Source: Candidatus Omnitrophota bacterium
GTDB taxonomy: Bacteria; Omnitrophota; Gorgyraeia; Zapsychrales; Fredricksoniimonadaceae
NCBI GenBank assembly: GCA_903944345.1
Contig: CAJARJ010000012.1
Location: 4,266 to 68,265 of the forward strand
Direction of reading: 5' to 3'
Length of the DNA: 64,000 bases
Shown here: piece by piece, positions 10,668 through 20,479 of the stretch
How positions within the stretch are numbered: position 1 is the stretch's first letter
Layout: the number at the start of each line of letters is the position of its first letter
Translations under genes and position numbers: made by a program
Notes under the pieces: model-generated
The model's input: the letters and a program-made list of their open reading frames with translations, nothing else
What the model was told of the DNA's origin: nothing
Database searches by the model: none

Positions 10668-11617
10668 TCAAGCCCTTCCTTCAGTTTGGGCAGATTAGCT
10701 TCCATAATCTTCAGATAAGAAAGACTCGCTATTTTGTCCTTAGCAACATTGTGCGCTCCGTGGAGCAATTCAAGACGGGCGCCCGTTTCACCCGAGATCA
10801 TGCGCGCCACTTTGGGGTCGATCAACTCCTCATAATAAATCGTGTTAGAGCCAACAGACTTGATCGTATCAATGATCTCCTTGATGCTTTTAGGAGCCGG
10901 TTCCGCATCAGGGGAAAACCCTTTATAAGGAGAAACGTGGTCCAGATCGTAACGTTTAGCGAAGTAACCGAACGCAAAATGCCCGGCGTAAATGATCGTC
11001 CTGATCTGACACATGGATAAGGTTGCCGCGAAACGGGCATCCAGGTCTTTCAGCCTGGCCTTGTAGCTTTCAGCATTTGCCTGATAAAACGCGCTGTTGA
11101 GCGGATCTTTCTGAGAAAACGCCTGCGCGATCGTATCAACCATGGTCTGCGCCAACACCGGGTCAAGCCAGATGTGCGGGTCTTTCCCTTCATGACCATG
11201 ATGGGCATGCCCTTCTGGAGGCTCTTCTCCGTGCTCTTCTCCCTGCGCTTCTCCATGCTCTTCTTCATCCATCAAAGAGATCCCCGTGCTGGTATCAACC
11301 GCAACAAGCCCCTTGTTGGTCACACCTTTAAGCAGATCTGCGGCCCATGGCTCCATGAACTGGCCTGTATAAAGAAACACATCGGCCTTATTGAGCCTGA
11401 CAATATCCTGCGGTCTGGGTTCAAAAGTATGCGCTTCAACTCCCGGGGGCAACAGCATGCTTGCATCAATCCTGTCACCACCAACTTCCCGGGCAAAATC
11501 ATACAAAGGGAAAATCGTAGCGACAACCTTCAGCTTTTGATCAGCCGATGTGAAGGGAACAACAAATAGCAGGATAAACAGCGTGATGGACAACATTGCT
11601 GCAAACTGTTTCAACAT
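10658..11617 (-). CDS. znuA: Periplasmic zinc-binding protein ZnuA with a His/Glu-rich loop
   Basis: Signal peptide, cluster-9 solute-binding fold, and a flexible loop EEEHGEAQGEEHGEEPPEGHAHHGHEG typical of ZnuA. Confidence 0.85.
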   Translation of the reverse strand: MLKQFAAMLSITLFILLFVVPFTSADQKLKVVATIFPLYDFAREVGGDRIDASMLLPPGVEAHTFEPRPQDIVRLNKADVFLYTGQFMEPWAADLLKGVTNKGLVAVDTSTGISLMDEEEHGEAQGEEHGEEPPEGHAHHGHEGKDPHIWLDPVLAQTMVDTIAQAFSQKDPLNSAFYQANAESYKARLKDLDARFAATLSMCQIRTIIYAGHFAFGYFAKRYDLDHVSPYKGFSPDAEPAPKSIKEIIDTIKSVGSNTIYYEELIDPKVARMISGETGARLELLHGAHNVAKDKIASLSYLKIMEANLPKLKEGLECQ

Positions 11618-11621
11618 AAAC

Positions 11622-12056
11622 TCACCTCTTATTCTTTAAACAATCCGAGCATATTCCTTCAAGCTGAAAAAGATGGGTATCTATCCGGCAACCCAACTTT
11701 TTCTCAATAGTTTCCTGTGCACCAGCGATGCCGCAATAGTCCACATCTTCAACTCGTTGACAACTATGGCAAATAAAATGATGATGATGTTCCTGCGGTC
11801 TGCGGCAAAGCGCATACGATAAAAGCCTTTCGTCGGATAGCACAGGAATCAGAATGCCTGCCAGTGAAAACTCTTCAAGAATGCGGTAAACAGTAGGAAA
11901 TCCCAGAGGGTGTATCTGTTTTTCCAGTTGGCGATACACATCTCTGGGGGCAAGAATCCTGTTCTCTTGAAGGAAAAGTTCAATAACAGCCTTACGCTTG
12001 GGTGTAAGCTTGTAACCTTTGTTTTTAAGAATTGATAAATAAAGATCCGCAGACAT
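11622..12056 (-). CDS. zur: Fur-family metalloregulator, probably Zur
   Basis: 144 aa with Fur-family HHHHFICHSC and CxxC motifs. It is the first gene of the zur-znuACB cluster. Confidence 0.8.
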   Translation of the reverse strand: MSADLYLSILKNKGYKLTPKRKAVIELFLQENRILAPRDVYRQLEKQIHPLGFPTVYRILEEFSLAGILIPVLSDERLLSYALCRRPQEHHHHFICHSCQRVEDVDYCGIAGAQETIEKKLGCRIDTHLFQLEGICSDCLKNKR

Positions 12057-12085
12057 GATTTGAAACCGTATTTAGGAATTAGCAA

Positions 12086-12106
12086 ATGTTACTCAAATAC
12101 TAACAT
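12086..12106 (-). promoter_or_regulatory. Candidate Zur/Fur-type box upstream of zur
   Basis: A 21-bp palindrome ATGTTACTCAAATACTAACAT (outer 6 bp perfect), resembling the proteobacterial Zur box aATGTTATawtATAACATt. It lies 30 nt upstream of the zur ATG. Confidence 0.5.
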
Positions 12107-12149
12107 AAACAAGAAGGGCTGTAAATAGAACTTTTTCTATTTACAGCCC
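12100..12149 (-). terminator. Rho-independent terminator after the ferritin-like gene
   Basis: A perfect 15-bp stem GGGCTGTAAATAGAA / TTCTATTTACAGCCC with a 4-nt loop (12116-12149), followed on the minus strand by TTCTTGTTTATGTT. Confidence 0.75.
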
Positions 12150-12174
12150 GAAATACAAAAGTGAAACTTGTGTG

Positions 12175-12672
12175 TTAACGGTGCTTCATCACTATTTCCA
12201 GATCTTCCTGCAAGGACTGAAGGTCTTCCTCATGTTCAACCTCATCCTGAAGGATCTGCAAAACGATATTATACGTTACCTGATCCTTGTTGGCGGTTAA
12301 ATCCACCAAAGCCTTGTAAACACCAATCGCGCACTGCTCACCCTTGATATTTTGCTCAAGGAGTTTTTGCACAAAGGGATCTTCCGGGGCATCATAACCG
12401 CAATTGGAAAATTTGGGCCAGTCCTCAGGACGTAATACAGGCGTCCCGCCAAGTTGAATAATACGCAAAGTCAGCATATCGGCGTGACGCAATTCATCGG
12501 CCGCATGCTGAGTCAATTCGGCAATAACCGCATCTTTCATCGGGCCTTTGGCAAGTTTTGCCCCAAGCCAGTACTGGTAATAAGCCAGCCACTCGTCTGC
12601 ATAAGCCTTGTTAAGAAGCACAAGCAGCTTATCAACATCTATTCCTACAATTTCTCTTCCTCTTGTTCCCAT
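12175..12672 (-). CDS. Ferritin-like / Dps-like diiron protein
   Basis: 165 aa ferritin-like four-helix bundle (ELTQHAADELRHADMLTLRI, EDEVEHEEDL), preceded by the RBS GAGGAGG. Confidence 0.7.
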   Translation of the reverse strand: MGTRGREIVGIDVDKLLVLLNKAYADEWLAYYQYWLGAKLAKGPMKDAVIAELTQHAADELRHADMLTLRIIQLGGTPVLRPEDWPKFSNCGYDAPEDPFVQKLLEQNIKGEQCAIGVYKALVDLTANKDQVTYNIVLQILQDEVEHEEDLQSLQEDLEIVMKHR

Positions 12673-12695
12673 AACGCCTCCTCAAATATTCAAAA

Positions 12696-13313
12696 TTAAT
12701 AGTTCAACGCCCTGACCTCAAAAACAGCCTGTTGACGTTGACAGCTCGGGCAAGCAGCGGGTGCCTGTTTGGCTGTATGAATATGTCCGCACTCACGGCA
12801 TATCCAGACAATTTCCGCGTCTTTGGCAAAAACTTTACCGGATTTTACATTCTCGGCCAGTTTGCGGTAGCGGTCCTCATGTTCTTTTTCGATCTTGGCC
12901 ACCATACGAAACTGATTGGCGATTTTAATAAATCCTTCCTTCTGGGCGACATCAGCGAAATGCGGATACAATTCCATAAATTCTTCATGCTCCCCCTCGG
13001 CCGCGGCAAGAAGGTTCTCATGTGTTGTTCCGACCACGCCCGCAGGATAAGCGGCCACGATTTCTACCGGCCCACCCTCAAGAAATGCAAAGAAGATCTG
13101 CGCGTGATGGTCTTCATTATGGGCGGTTTCCTTGAAAATCGCAGATATCTGGTCAAACCCTTCTTCTTTGGCAGCTTCAGCAAACATCACATATCTGTTG
13201 CGCGCCTGGGATTCCCCGGCAAAAGCTTTGAGCAGGTTTTTTTCGGTTTCGGTTCCCTTAATCGACTTTCCCGCGCGATAAGACGCAAAACGTTCTCTTA
13301 ATTCTTTCTTCAT
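12696..13313 (-). CDS. rbr: Rubrerythrin
   Basis: Diiron ferritin-like domain (ExxH motifs) plus a C-terminal rubredoxin-like CRECG...CPSC. The start is set to the ATG at 13313, preceded by AAGGAG. Confidence 0.85.
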   Translation of the reverse strand: MKKELRERFASYRAGKSIKGTETEKNLLKAFAGESQARNRYVMFAEAAKEEGFDQISAIFKETAHNEDHHAQIFFAFLEGGPVEIVAAYPAGVVGTTHENLLAAAEGEHEEFMELYPHFADVAQKEGFIKIANQFRMVAKIEKEHEDRYRKLAENVKSGKVFAKDAEIVWICRECGHIHTAKQAPAACPSCQRQQAVFEVRALNY

Positions 13314-13379
13314 ATAAATCTCCTTTTGGTTAATAGAGTTATTGTTTAAAAGACTTGACCTGTAGAACAAAGAATAAAT

Positions 13380-13407
13380 ATTATATAACAAAACCTGTAC
13401 ATATCAA
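13380..13407 (-). promoter_or_regulatory. Candidate sigma-70 promoter with an AT-rich operator-like sequence for rubrerythrin
   Basis: Minus strand TTGATA-N16-TATAAT with an overlapping AT-rich near-palindrome (TTATATAATATTTATTC), in the position expected for PerR/Fur-type control. Confidence 0.35.
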
Positions 13408-13443
13408 AAGCTTACTCTTGACAACTGCAGCAGGGCGGGCCAG

Positions 13444-14235
13444 CTATCGGGGGCAGGATTTTTTTACTCTTCGCCGGAATTCAGCCCAGGAAAAGTTCTT
13501 GCCGGGGCATTCTGTACTGGCTCCATGAACCTGCCCATGACCATATACATGTCCATCAGGTATCCGATAGAACGTTTTTAGCTGGCAGACCAGATCCACC
13601 AGAGCATCCATCTGTCTGGCGGAAGGTCGTTCGTCGTTAAAATTCCCCACCAGACAAATCCCGATACCACGTTCATTCATTCCGTCTGCCTTGCAGTGGG
13701 CGCCAGGAAGTTGTTTGAGCCAGCGAGGAGAAACCTCGACCTGCCCGTCTTTACGGTCAAGGCTGCCATTATCTATGACAAAATGATAACCAATACCATC
13801 CCATCCCTTGTTCAAGTGAGCTTTATCAAAAAGCAGAGCATCCCCCTGATCGGTAGCACTGTGATGAACAATAATATGGGTCCAGCGTTTGGAAGGATAC
13901 AAAGAAATGACCGGTTGAACAGGGGCTGCATTCGGCACCCGGAGTTTCGAGCCTTTTTTAAGCAAGGGACTGTCGGAAAGCTTATTGGCACGCGCGATAG
14001 TCTTAGAGGGGACATCATACATCTTGCCGATACGCCAGAGAGTTTCACCCGGAGCTACAGTGTGCCAGATATCATGACGGGGTAAAAACTGCGAGGGCGG
14101 ACTGGTCAACTGTACCGGTGGTGGCAACGAATTGGGCGGTACTGTTCTAGAAGTTGAACAAGAGCTGAAAAAGAGAAGAAGAAAAAAGCACAATATATAA
14201 TTAAGATTGTTCCTTGATGCAGGGAATCCTGGCAT
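13444..14235 (-). CDS. LysM-domain N-acetylmuramoyl-L-alanine amidase lipoprotein (Amidase_2/PGRP type)
   Basis: Lipobox LFFSSC, a LysM segment (GETLWRIGKMYDVPSKTIARANKL) and an amidase_2 domain (WTHIIVHHSATD...GYHFVID...HCKADGMN). Confidence 0.75.
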   Translation of the reverse strand: MPGFPASRNNLNYILCFFLLLFFSSCSTSRTVPPNSLPPPVQLTSPPSQFLPRHDIWHTVAPGETLWRIGKMYDVPSKTIARANKLSDSPLLKKGSKLRVPNAAPVQPVISLYPSKRWTHIIVHHSATDQGDALLFDKAHLNKGWDGIGYHFVIDNGSLDRKDGQVEVSPRWLKQLPGAHCKADGMNERGIGICLVGNFNDERPSARQMDALVDLVCQLKTFYRIPDGHVYGHGQVHGASTECPGKNFSWAEFRRRVKKSCPR

Positions 14236-14472
14236 TCAGGCCTCCCGAACCATAATCTTGCAAGCCAGCTGGGCTCCGATAGCCAGGGTTGTGCCTTTAA
14301 GCACAATCATAACCGGCCCATGATCAGCATTATTAACAATCCGGAATTTCTCTCCCGGGACAAAACCCATATCCTGCAGACGCTTGACTGGACCGCCTCT
14401 GACCGTCACGAAAACAAGTGAGGCCGGATTTTTCACCGCACATAATGGCTTTAAATGTTGTTGCATGATCAC
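14236..14472 (-). CDS. feoA: FeoA-domain protein (orphan, no adjacent feoB)
   Basis: 78 aa SH3-like FeoA pattern (VKRLQDMGFVPGEKFRIVNNADHGPVMIVLKGTTLAIG). Confidence 0.6.
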   Translation of the reverse strand: MIMQQHLKPLCAVKNPASLVFVTVRGGPVKRLQDMGFVPGEKFRIVNNADHGPVMIVLKGTTLAIGAQLACKIMVREA

Positions 14473-14507
14473 ACCATAGACATAACAGACTCCAATTCCA
14501 GTGGAGT

Positions 14508-14882
14508 CTACAATAACTCGGCCAACCCCGCCCCGATCCTCAAAAGAACAAAACCGGCTCCCAGACTAAGCGCAATATTCCCGAAAGCGTAAAAATAGGA
14601 ATGACTCTTTAATAAATTGGATGACTCCAAAAGAAGCGTCGAAAAGGTGGTAAATGCGGCGCAAAATCCGCTTAGCAGTAGAACCCGGCCATTAGGGCCC
14701 AAGAAAAACTTTTTCTGCAAGAAAACGTCCAGAAAGCCAATAAGAAAGCACCCACAAAGATTGACGGCCACTGTCCCCCAGGGAAAAAATGTTCCTGCAC
14801 GCAGAGACAATGCTCCGGTTAAGAGGTAGCGTGCAAATGTTCCGGCCACTCCGCCTATCGCCAGATAAAGAAACTTTTGCAT
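14508..14882 (-). CDS. crcB: Fluoride ion channel CrcB/FluC
   Basis: 124 aa, four TM helices, CrcB-family motifs (GGVAGTFARY, FTTFSTL). Confidence 0.8.
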   Translation of the reverse strand: MQKFLYLAIGGVAGTFARYLLTGALSLRAGTFFPWGTVAVNLCGCFLIGFLDVFLQKKFFLGPNGRVLLLSGFCAAFTTFSTLLLESSNLLKSHSYFYAFGNIALSLGAGFVLLRIGAGLAELL

Positions 14883-14914
14883 TATGAATCTTTCCGCCAG
14901 AAAGAACTTTCAGT

Positions 14915-16768
14915 CTAGATCCGGGTAGCCTGTTCCATAATTTCGACCATCCGTTTGACATAATCTGCCTTGGAAGCAAGCTCCCCTTCCATCAACTGGG
15001 CACTTTCGTAAAGCTGCACAATACATTTTTGGGAAATATCATCCGATTTATTAGCCAGGAAACGACGCGAAAGATTCTGGATGACAGGATGCTCCATATT
15101 GAGTTCCATAATTTTTTTTGAAGCCGGAACCTCATGTCCCATCATTTTCATCATACGCTCCATCTGGCGATCCATACCGGAACTTCCGGTCACCAGAGTG
15201 ACCGGAGAATCAACCAAACGACGGGAGACCCGAACATCCTCGACTTGTTCCTTGAGAGATTCCTTAAAAAGAGCCAGCAAGGACTCTGAAAGCTCATCCT
15301 GATCCTTTTTCTGGGCCTGCTCAAGCTCGATATCGCCCTTGTCGATGGCCTTAAGTGCTTTTTTATCGTATTCATGAATTGAGGGGACAATGAAGATATC
15401 GACTGGCTCAACAAGTAACAGCACTTCAAGCTCATATTTGCGGAAATATTCGAGATTGGGACTGCTTTCAACCTGCAGACGAGTTTCACCGGTAATATAA
15501 TAAATCTCTTTCTGCCCTTCTTTCATCCGGCTGACATAATCACGCAAAGAAGACATTTCTCCTGCCTTGCGGGTCGAAGTCTCAAACCGCAACAATTCGA
15601 TAAGTTTGTCCCGATTGGCGAAATCAGTATTAATACCGGTCTTGACCAGTGGACCGAAATTCTTGTAGAAAGTAAGATACTTTTCTGTCTCTTTTGTGGC
15701 CAGTTTCTGCAGCCACTGAAGTATTTTAGCGGTCAAAGCTGTACGGATTTTGTTCATTGCAGCTGAAGCTTGCACCACTTCGCGCGACACATTCAGGGGC
15801 AAATCGCTTGTATCCACAATGCCGCGGATAAACTGCAGATATTCCGGCAGAATATCCTTGCAGTCATCCATAATCATAATCTTGTTTGTATAAAGCTGAA
15901 CGGTCTTCTGCTGTTGCACGCGCATCAGGTCAAAATGCGCCTTGGCAGGAATAAACAAAAGCGCCTTGAACTCTGCGCCCGCCCCTTCAACCGACAACTG
16001 CAGAAATGACAGCGGATCTTCATAATCATTGGTAACAAACTTGTAGAATTCGTTACGCTCCTCGTCCTTGACATCGGCCTCGCTCTTGCGCCAGAGAGCT
16101 TCTACTGTATTAACTTTTTCTTTGCCTATCAAAATAGGGAAATCAGCAAAATTGGAATACTTCCTGATGATCTGCCGTAATTTATTTTCGTCGGCAAATT
16201 CCTGGGCTGTTTCCTTGAATTTGAAACTGATCCGGGTTCCACGCGCCTGTCTATCGGTTTCCTCGATAGTAAAACTTGACTCACCAGATGATGTCCAGCG
16301 ATACCCCTTGGAATTGAGGTCAAAATGCCTGGTTTCAATTGTCACCTCGTCAGTAACCATAAAAACCGAATAAAAACCGACGCCAAATTGCCCGATCAGA
16401 TCCGAAACATTACTCTTCTCTTCCCTGAGTTTCTTGAGATACTCCAGAGTCCCCGAGCGGGCCACGGTCCCGATATTCTGGGTAAGATCCTCAAAGGTCA
16501 TCCCGATACCGTTGTCCTCAATGCTGAAAGTTTTCGCGGCTGCATCAACCGTAATCCTGATTTCCAGCTCCTTGCCGTGATCAAGAATCTGGTTATCAGT
16601 CAGTTGACGATAACGAATCTTGTTAAGAGCATCCGAAGCATTGGAAACCAGCTCCCGAAGATAAACTTCCGGGTGAGTATAAAGAGAATGAATAATCAGC
16701 TGAAGCAACTGCTTCATTTCTGCCTTGTATTCGAAAGTCTGAGGTGTTTTGGTCGTAGTCATATCCAT
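14915..16768 (-). CDS. htpG: Molecular chaperone HtpG (Hsp90)
   Basis: 617 aa with the LVSNASDALNKIRY GHKL ATPase motif and full-length Hsp90 architecture. Confidence 0.92.
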   Translation of the reverse strand: MDMTTTKTPQTFEYKAEMKQLLQLIIHSLYTHPEVYLRELVSNASDALNKIRYRQLTDNQILDHGKELEIRITVDAAAKTFSIEDNGIGMTFEDLTQNIGTVARSGTLEYLKKLREEKSNVSDLIGQFGVGFYSVFMVTDEVTIETRHFDLNSKGYRWTSSGESSFTIEETDRQARGTRISFKFKETAQEFADENKLRQIIRKYSNFADFPILIGKEKVNTVEALWRKSEADVKDEERNEFYKFVTNDYEDPLSFLQLSVEGAGAEFKALLFIPAKAHFDLMRVQQQKTVQLYTNKIMIMDDCKDILPEYLQFIRGIVDTSDLPLNVSREVVQASAAMNKIRTALTAKILQWLQKLATKETEKYLTFYKNFGPLVKTGINTDFANRDKLIELLRFETSTRKAGEMSSLRDYVSRMKEGQKEIYYITGETRLQVESSPNLEYFRKYELEVLLLVEPVDIFIVPSIHEYDKKALKAIDKGDIELEQAQKKDQDELSESLLALFKESLKEQVEDVRVSRRLVDSPVTLVTGSSGMDRQMERMMKMMGHEVPASKKIMELNMEHPVIQNLSRRFLANKSDDISQKCIVQLYESAQLMEGELASKADYVKRMVEIMEQATRI

Positions 16769-16907
16769 CTCTCCTGATTAGAACCCGGCAGGGCAAATTG
16801 TCACACACTATCTGGCCACACCAGAATAGCAGACACTTATCATACAACGAATGAAATAATTTTCCAGTACGGATCAATCCGTTATCTGGCAGACAGGCCG
16901 GAGCTTG

Positions 16908-18782
16908 TCAGTCCGGTTTTGAATCCTTGAAGAACAGCTCCTGAAAACAACGCACAACTTTTGAGGGGGATGTTTCGACCGGAGTCAGAAAAAGTCCATG
17001 TTTGCGGAAAAAAAGGCCTAAAGCAGGGTAACTGACAACAACCGAAATAGGCACAGCCAAAAGAAGAGGGAAAACAATGATCGAGACCCAGAAGAACAAG
17101 GTTTTATTGACCATAAAAGTTAACACCGCCCATAAAAATGCTCCAATCATTCCGGGGCCGTAAGCATGAAAAGCCTCGGCAAATGAGGTGCTTTGTGAAC
17201 GCCGCACCTGTGGTTTCCAGACCAGCTTTTGTCCAACAATATTCAAAACAACATACCAGCTGTGAAAAATCATTCTTAAAGGGGCCAACAAGGTCGAGAA
17301 AACAGTTTCCAGAATGACGCCCAGAGCCAGATTTCTAATCCCGCCGAAACGTTTGGCTTTCTCCGGCGAAAAAGCTAATAAAAGAACTCCAAGAAACTTG
17401 GGAAGAAGAAGAAAAGTTCCGGTAACCAGCAAAAGACGAAAGGAGAGCGCGTGATGCTGCACAGGCCACTGAGGAAACAGAACCTTCTCTGCACCCGGGA
17501 AATATACTATGTCCTGAAGAAAATTGGATACAGCATAAAGGGTCATCAGCAGTAAAAGAAGAAACCAGAGAAAAGATGAGAAATAGAACAGATTACCATT
17601 GAGAAAAAGAAGGCGATGGCCTACGGCGATCCCTTTCATGAATATAAGCCGCAGGTGCTGAATATTCCCCTGGCACCAGCGGCGATCCCTCTCCAGTTCT
17701 TCCAGGAGATTCGGGGGTAATTCCTCGTAACTTCCTTCAAGCTCGTAAGCAAGCCATACGCCCCATCCGGCTCGTCGCATCAAAGCGGCCTCTACAAAAT
17801 CATGACTTAAAATCTCACCTCCGAACGGAGGTCCTCCTGGAAGCTTGGGTAAGGCGCAGTACTGCATAAACGGGGCTACCCGAATGATGGCATTATGCCC
17901 CCAATATCCGGACTGATCAAGCTGCCAGTAGCGCAAACCGGAAAAAAACAAAGGGCCATAAACATGACTGGCAAACTGTTGTAAACGGGAAACCAGACTG
18001 CTCTGGTTCATGGCCACAGGAGCTGTTTGCAAGATACCGATATCATCCCTGGCTTCCATAACATTCACCATCTTGACCAGCAGCTCCCCCTCCATAAGGC
18101 TGTCAGCATCAAAAATGATCATGTATTTGTACTGACTGCCCCAGCGGCGGCAGAAATCACTCACATTCCCACTTTTCTTATGAATACGGTGTTTTCTGCG
18201 ACGATAGAAAATTCTCCCAAAACCATCGACGTCGCGGCAGAGCTCCGACCAGGCTGTTTCTTCCATAAGCACATACTCGCTCTGGACAGAATCGCTTAAT
18301 ATAAAAATATCAAACTTGTCCAGCTGTCCTGTTTCCCGGAGTGATTCATAGGTGCTTCTCAAGGAAGAATAGATGCGGGCCATTTCTTCATTATAGACCG
18401 GCATGATCAAGGCGGTCTTAGTCGCCGAGGAAACAGGCAGAGGGGAGTCTGGCAATACAAGCTCATTCTTTGCCCCACCTAATGAGGCCAGAAAACCAAA
18501 AATCACTGTCCAGAAATTAAACGATATCCAGGCAAAAAGAAAGATATAGATAGCAACAATAAAAATAGCCAGAATCGAGAACCCATGGGTGCCAATAATT
18601 GTGGCAAAGGCCGAACCGGCAATGAAAGTCGAAACGGCCACCAGAACAAAGAAGACGCTACGCCGGATAAACAAAAGAAGACTGTTGCCGGCAAGATCAT
18701 CACGGACAAAAACAGGCCGGGATAAAGGCCGATAGCCCATAGGTGTTCTGTGTAAAGGTGGCTGTTTTGCTGAGCGAATCAT
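16908..18782 (-). CDS. opgH: Glucans biosynthesis glucosyltransferase H (OpgH/MdoH)
   Basis: 624 aa polytopic GT2 protein with the OpgH-like motifs IMPVYNE and FDADSLM. Confidence 0.88.
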   Translation of the reverse strand: MIRSAKQPPLHRTPMGYRPLSRPVFVRDDLAGNSLLLFIRRSVFFVLVAVSTFIAGSAFATIIGTHGFSILAIFIVAIYIFLFAWISFNFWTVIFGFLASLGGAKNELVLPDSPLPVSSATKTALIMPVYNEEMARIYSSLRSTYESLRETGQLDKFDIFILSDSVQSEYVLMEETAWSELCRDVDGFGRIFYRRRKHRIHKKSGNVSDFCRRWGSQYKYMIIFDADSLMEGELLVKMVNVMEARDDIGILQTAPVAMNQSSLVSRLQQFASHVYGPLFFSGLRYWQLDQSGYWGHNAIIRVAPFMQYCALPKLPGGPPFGGEILSHDFVEAALMRRAGWGVWLAYELEGSYEELPPNLLEELERDRRWCQGNIQHLRLIFMKGIAVGHRLLFLNGNLFYFSSFLWFLLLLLMTLYAVSNFLQDIVYFPGAEKVLFPQWPVQHHALSFRLLLVTGTFLLLPKFLGVLLLAFSPEKAKRFGGIRNLALGVILETVFSTLLAPLRMIFHSWYVVLNIVGQKLVWKPQVRRSQSTSFAEAFHAYGPGMIGAFLWAVLTFMVNKTLFFWVSIIVFPLLLAVPISVVVSYPALGLFFRKHGLFLTPVETSPSKVVRCFQELFFKDSKPD

Positions 18783-20383
18783 GGAAAGTAAGTATAGCTC
18801 CAGGTTTCGGTCAGCGGACGACCATCACGCTTGAGAAAAGCGCGAAATTCAACAGCTGTTTTCTGGTACGGCAATACTTCCTCAATAAAATGCGGAGGAT
18901 CAAGAAGAACTCTTAAAACAAGACGTCTTCCTCCGGTAACATCATTCATGATAATCTGCGAGTTTGTGATTTGAGCTCCTTGAGCACACCAAACGTCCTC
19001 GACAAGCGTATTACCCCAAACATTATCTTTAGCCCCCTCCTTCTCAAAATCGATGAGAAAAAGAAGTTCCTTATCTTTACGAACCACCCTGGTTGCGGTG
19101 ACAATTCCTGTGGTGGGAGTTGCAGTCACTTCGCGAGTCTGCCATGAAAGGGTATACGCATAATTCACCGAATCTCCGCGCTCGAACACCTTTTCGGGAA
19201 CCCAGTAGGTCACAACATTATCATTGTATTCATTTTCAGTCGGGATTTGCACCAACTCCAGATGCCCCGCTCCCCAGTCCCCCTGCGGCGTCACCCATAC
19301 ACTGGGACGACGCTCATATCTGGCCTCCAGATCCTGATAATGATCAAAATGGCTGTCTCGCTGAAGAAGGCCAAAGCCTTGCGGCGTCCCCCCACTAAAA
19401 GAATTGATCAAGAGCCGTTGGGGATTAAGCAGCGGATGCCATATTCGTTCCCCGGAAGAAGCATGAAGCAGCAAGCCGTCCGAATCATGCACTTCAGGGC
19501 GAAAGTCACTGTTTCCCCGAAAACCCGAATCTTCACCGTAGAAAAACATTGATGTCAACGGAGCAATACCGAGTTTTTGTGACTGCCGCCGAAAGAACAA
19601 AAACATATTGACCTTCATCAAGGTCTTTTCACCTGGGATTACAGTAAATTCGTAGGCTCCGGTCAAGGTTGCACTGTCCAACAGAGCATATATGATAATC
19701 TGTTTGGCTTTGGCTGATGGCTTGACTAGCCAGAACTCACGAAAAACAGGAAATTCCTCACCATTCTCTGCGCCGGTATTGATTGCCAGACCTCTGGCCG
19801 ACAACCCATAACGAAGATTACGACCCAGTGCGCGAAAATATGAAGCTCCCAAAAACGAAAGCAATTCATCGGCATAAGCAGGAGTATTCAGAGGATAATG
19901 AAGGCGAAAACCGGCAAAACTATCATTTCCATCAGGCAAAAGCTCTTTGAGTCCAGGAGTGTCATAACGAAAGAGATCTGAAGAGAACGATATCGGATAA
20001 GTGCCCGTATTATCAACATAGTTAACCTGGACAGGATACTGATAAAGAAATCCCGGGTGAAAAAACTGGGCACTAAAGGACTCATTTCCCCACAATGCCT
20101 GGTCCGGACGATAACGGATCCCTCTCCATTGATCGTATCCCATGGTTCTGAAAGCCTCCGGGAGATCCGCAGACAGATCCTTATACGGAGTTGCAGCCAA
20201 CTGGCTGGCCTGCTCAATAATATCCTTGAAACGAACACGCGCAGAAGTACGGGCGGCAGACACATTCGAGACAGTAAAGTCAAAGAATACGCCAACAACC
20301 AACAAAGCCGTAACACATGTTCGGGCAATAAATGGAGAACGGAGAAAACCATAAGAAAAGCGTTGCCAACTTGCAGGGAACAT
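18779..20383 (-). CDS. opgG: Periplasmic glucans biosynthesis protein G (OpgG/MdoG)
   Basis: 534 aa with a signal peptide and the OpgG family pattern (FFHPGFLYQYP...RALGRNLRYGLSARGLAINTG). It overlaps the opgH start by 4 nt. Confidence 0.88.
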   Translation of the reverse strand: MFPASWQRFSYGFLRSPFIARTCVTALLVVGVFFDFTVSNVSAARTSARVRFKDIIEQASQLAATPYKDLSADLPEAFRTMGYDQWRGIRYRPDQALWGNESFSAQFFHPGFLYQYPVQVNYVDNTGTYPISFSSDLFRYDTPGLKELLPDGNDSFAGFRLHYPLNTPAYADELLSFLGASYFRALGRNLRYGLSARGLAINTGAENGEEFPVFREFWLVKPSAKAKQIIIYALLDSATLTGAYEFTVIPGEKTLMKVNMFLFFRRQSQKLGIAPLTSMFFYGEDSGFRGNSDFRPEVHDSDGLLLHASSGERIWHPLLNPQRLLINSFSGGTPQGFGLLQRDSHFDHYQDLEARYERRPSVWVTPQGDWGAGHLELVQIPTENEYNDNVVTYWVPEKVFERGDSVNYAYTLSWQTREVTATPTTGIVTATRVVRKDKELLFLIDFEKEGAKDNVWGNTLVEDVWCAQGAQITNSQIIMNDVTGGRRLVLRVLLDPPHFIEEVLPYQKTAVEFRAFLKRDGRPLTETWSYTYFP

Positions 20384-20479
20384 CCAGGCTACCCAGATAA
20401 ACTGTTAATGCATACACAAATGTATATAACAAAACGGAAAGTATCTTACTCCCGGCAAGCATTTTTGGAAAGAATTTGA

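Noticed and set aside
14883-14914. Looked for a fluoride (crcB-motif) riboswitch ahead of crcB
   Set aside because: Only about 32 nt separate crcB from the htpG stop. That is too short for the ~52-nt aptamer and no conserved riboswitch core was seen.
16880-16905. CCGGA...TCCGG hairpin followed by TTTTG between htpG and opgH
   Set aside because: The T-tract is on the plus strand, where no gene ends. On the minus strand the stem is not followed by a U-run, so the terminator assignment is ambiguous.
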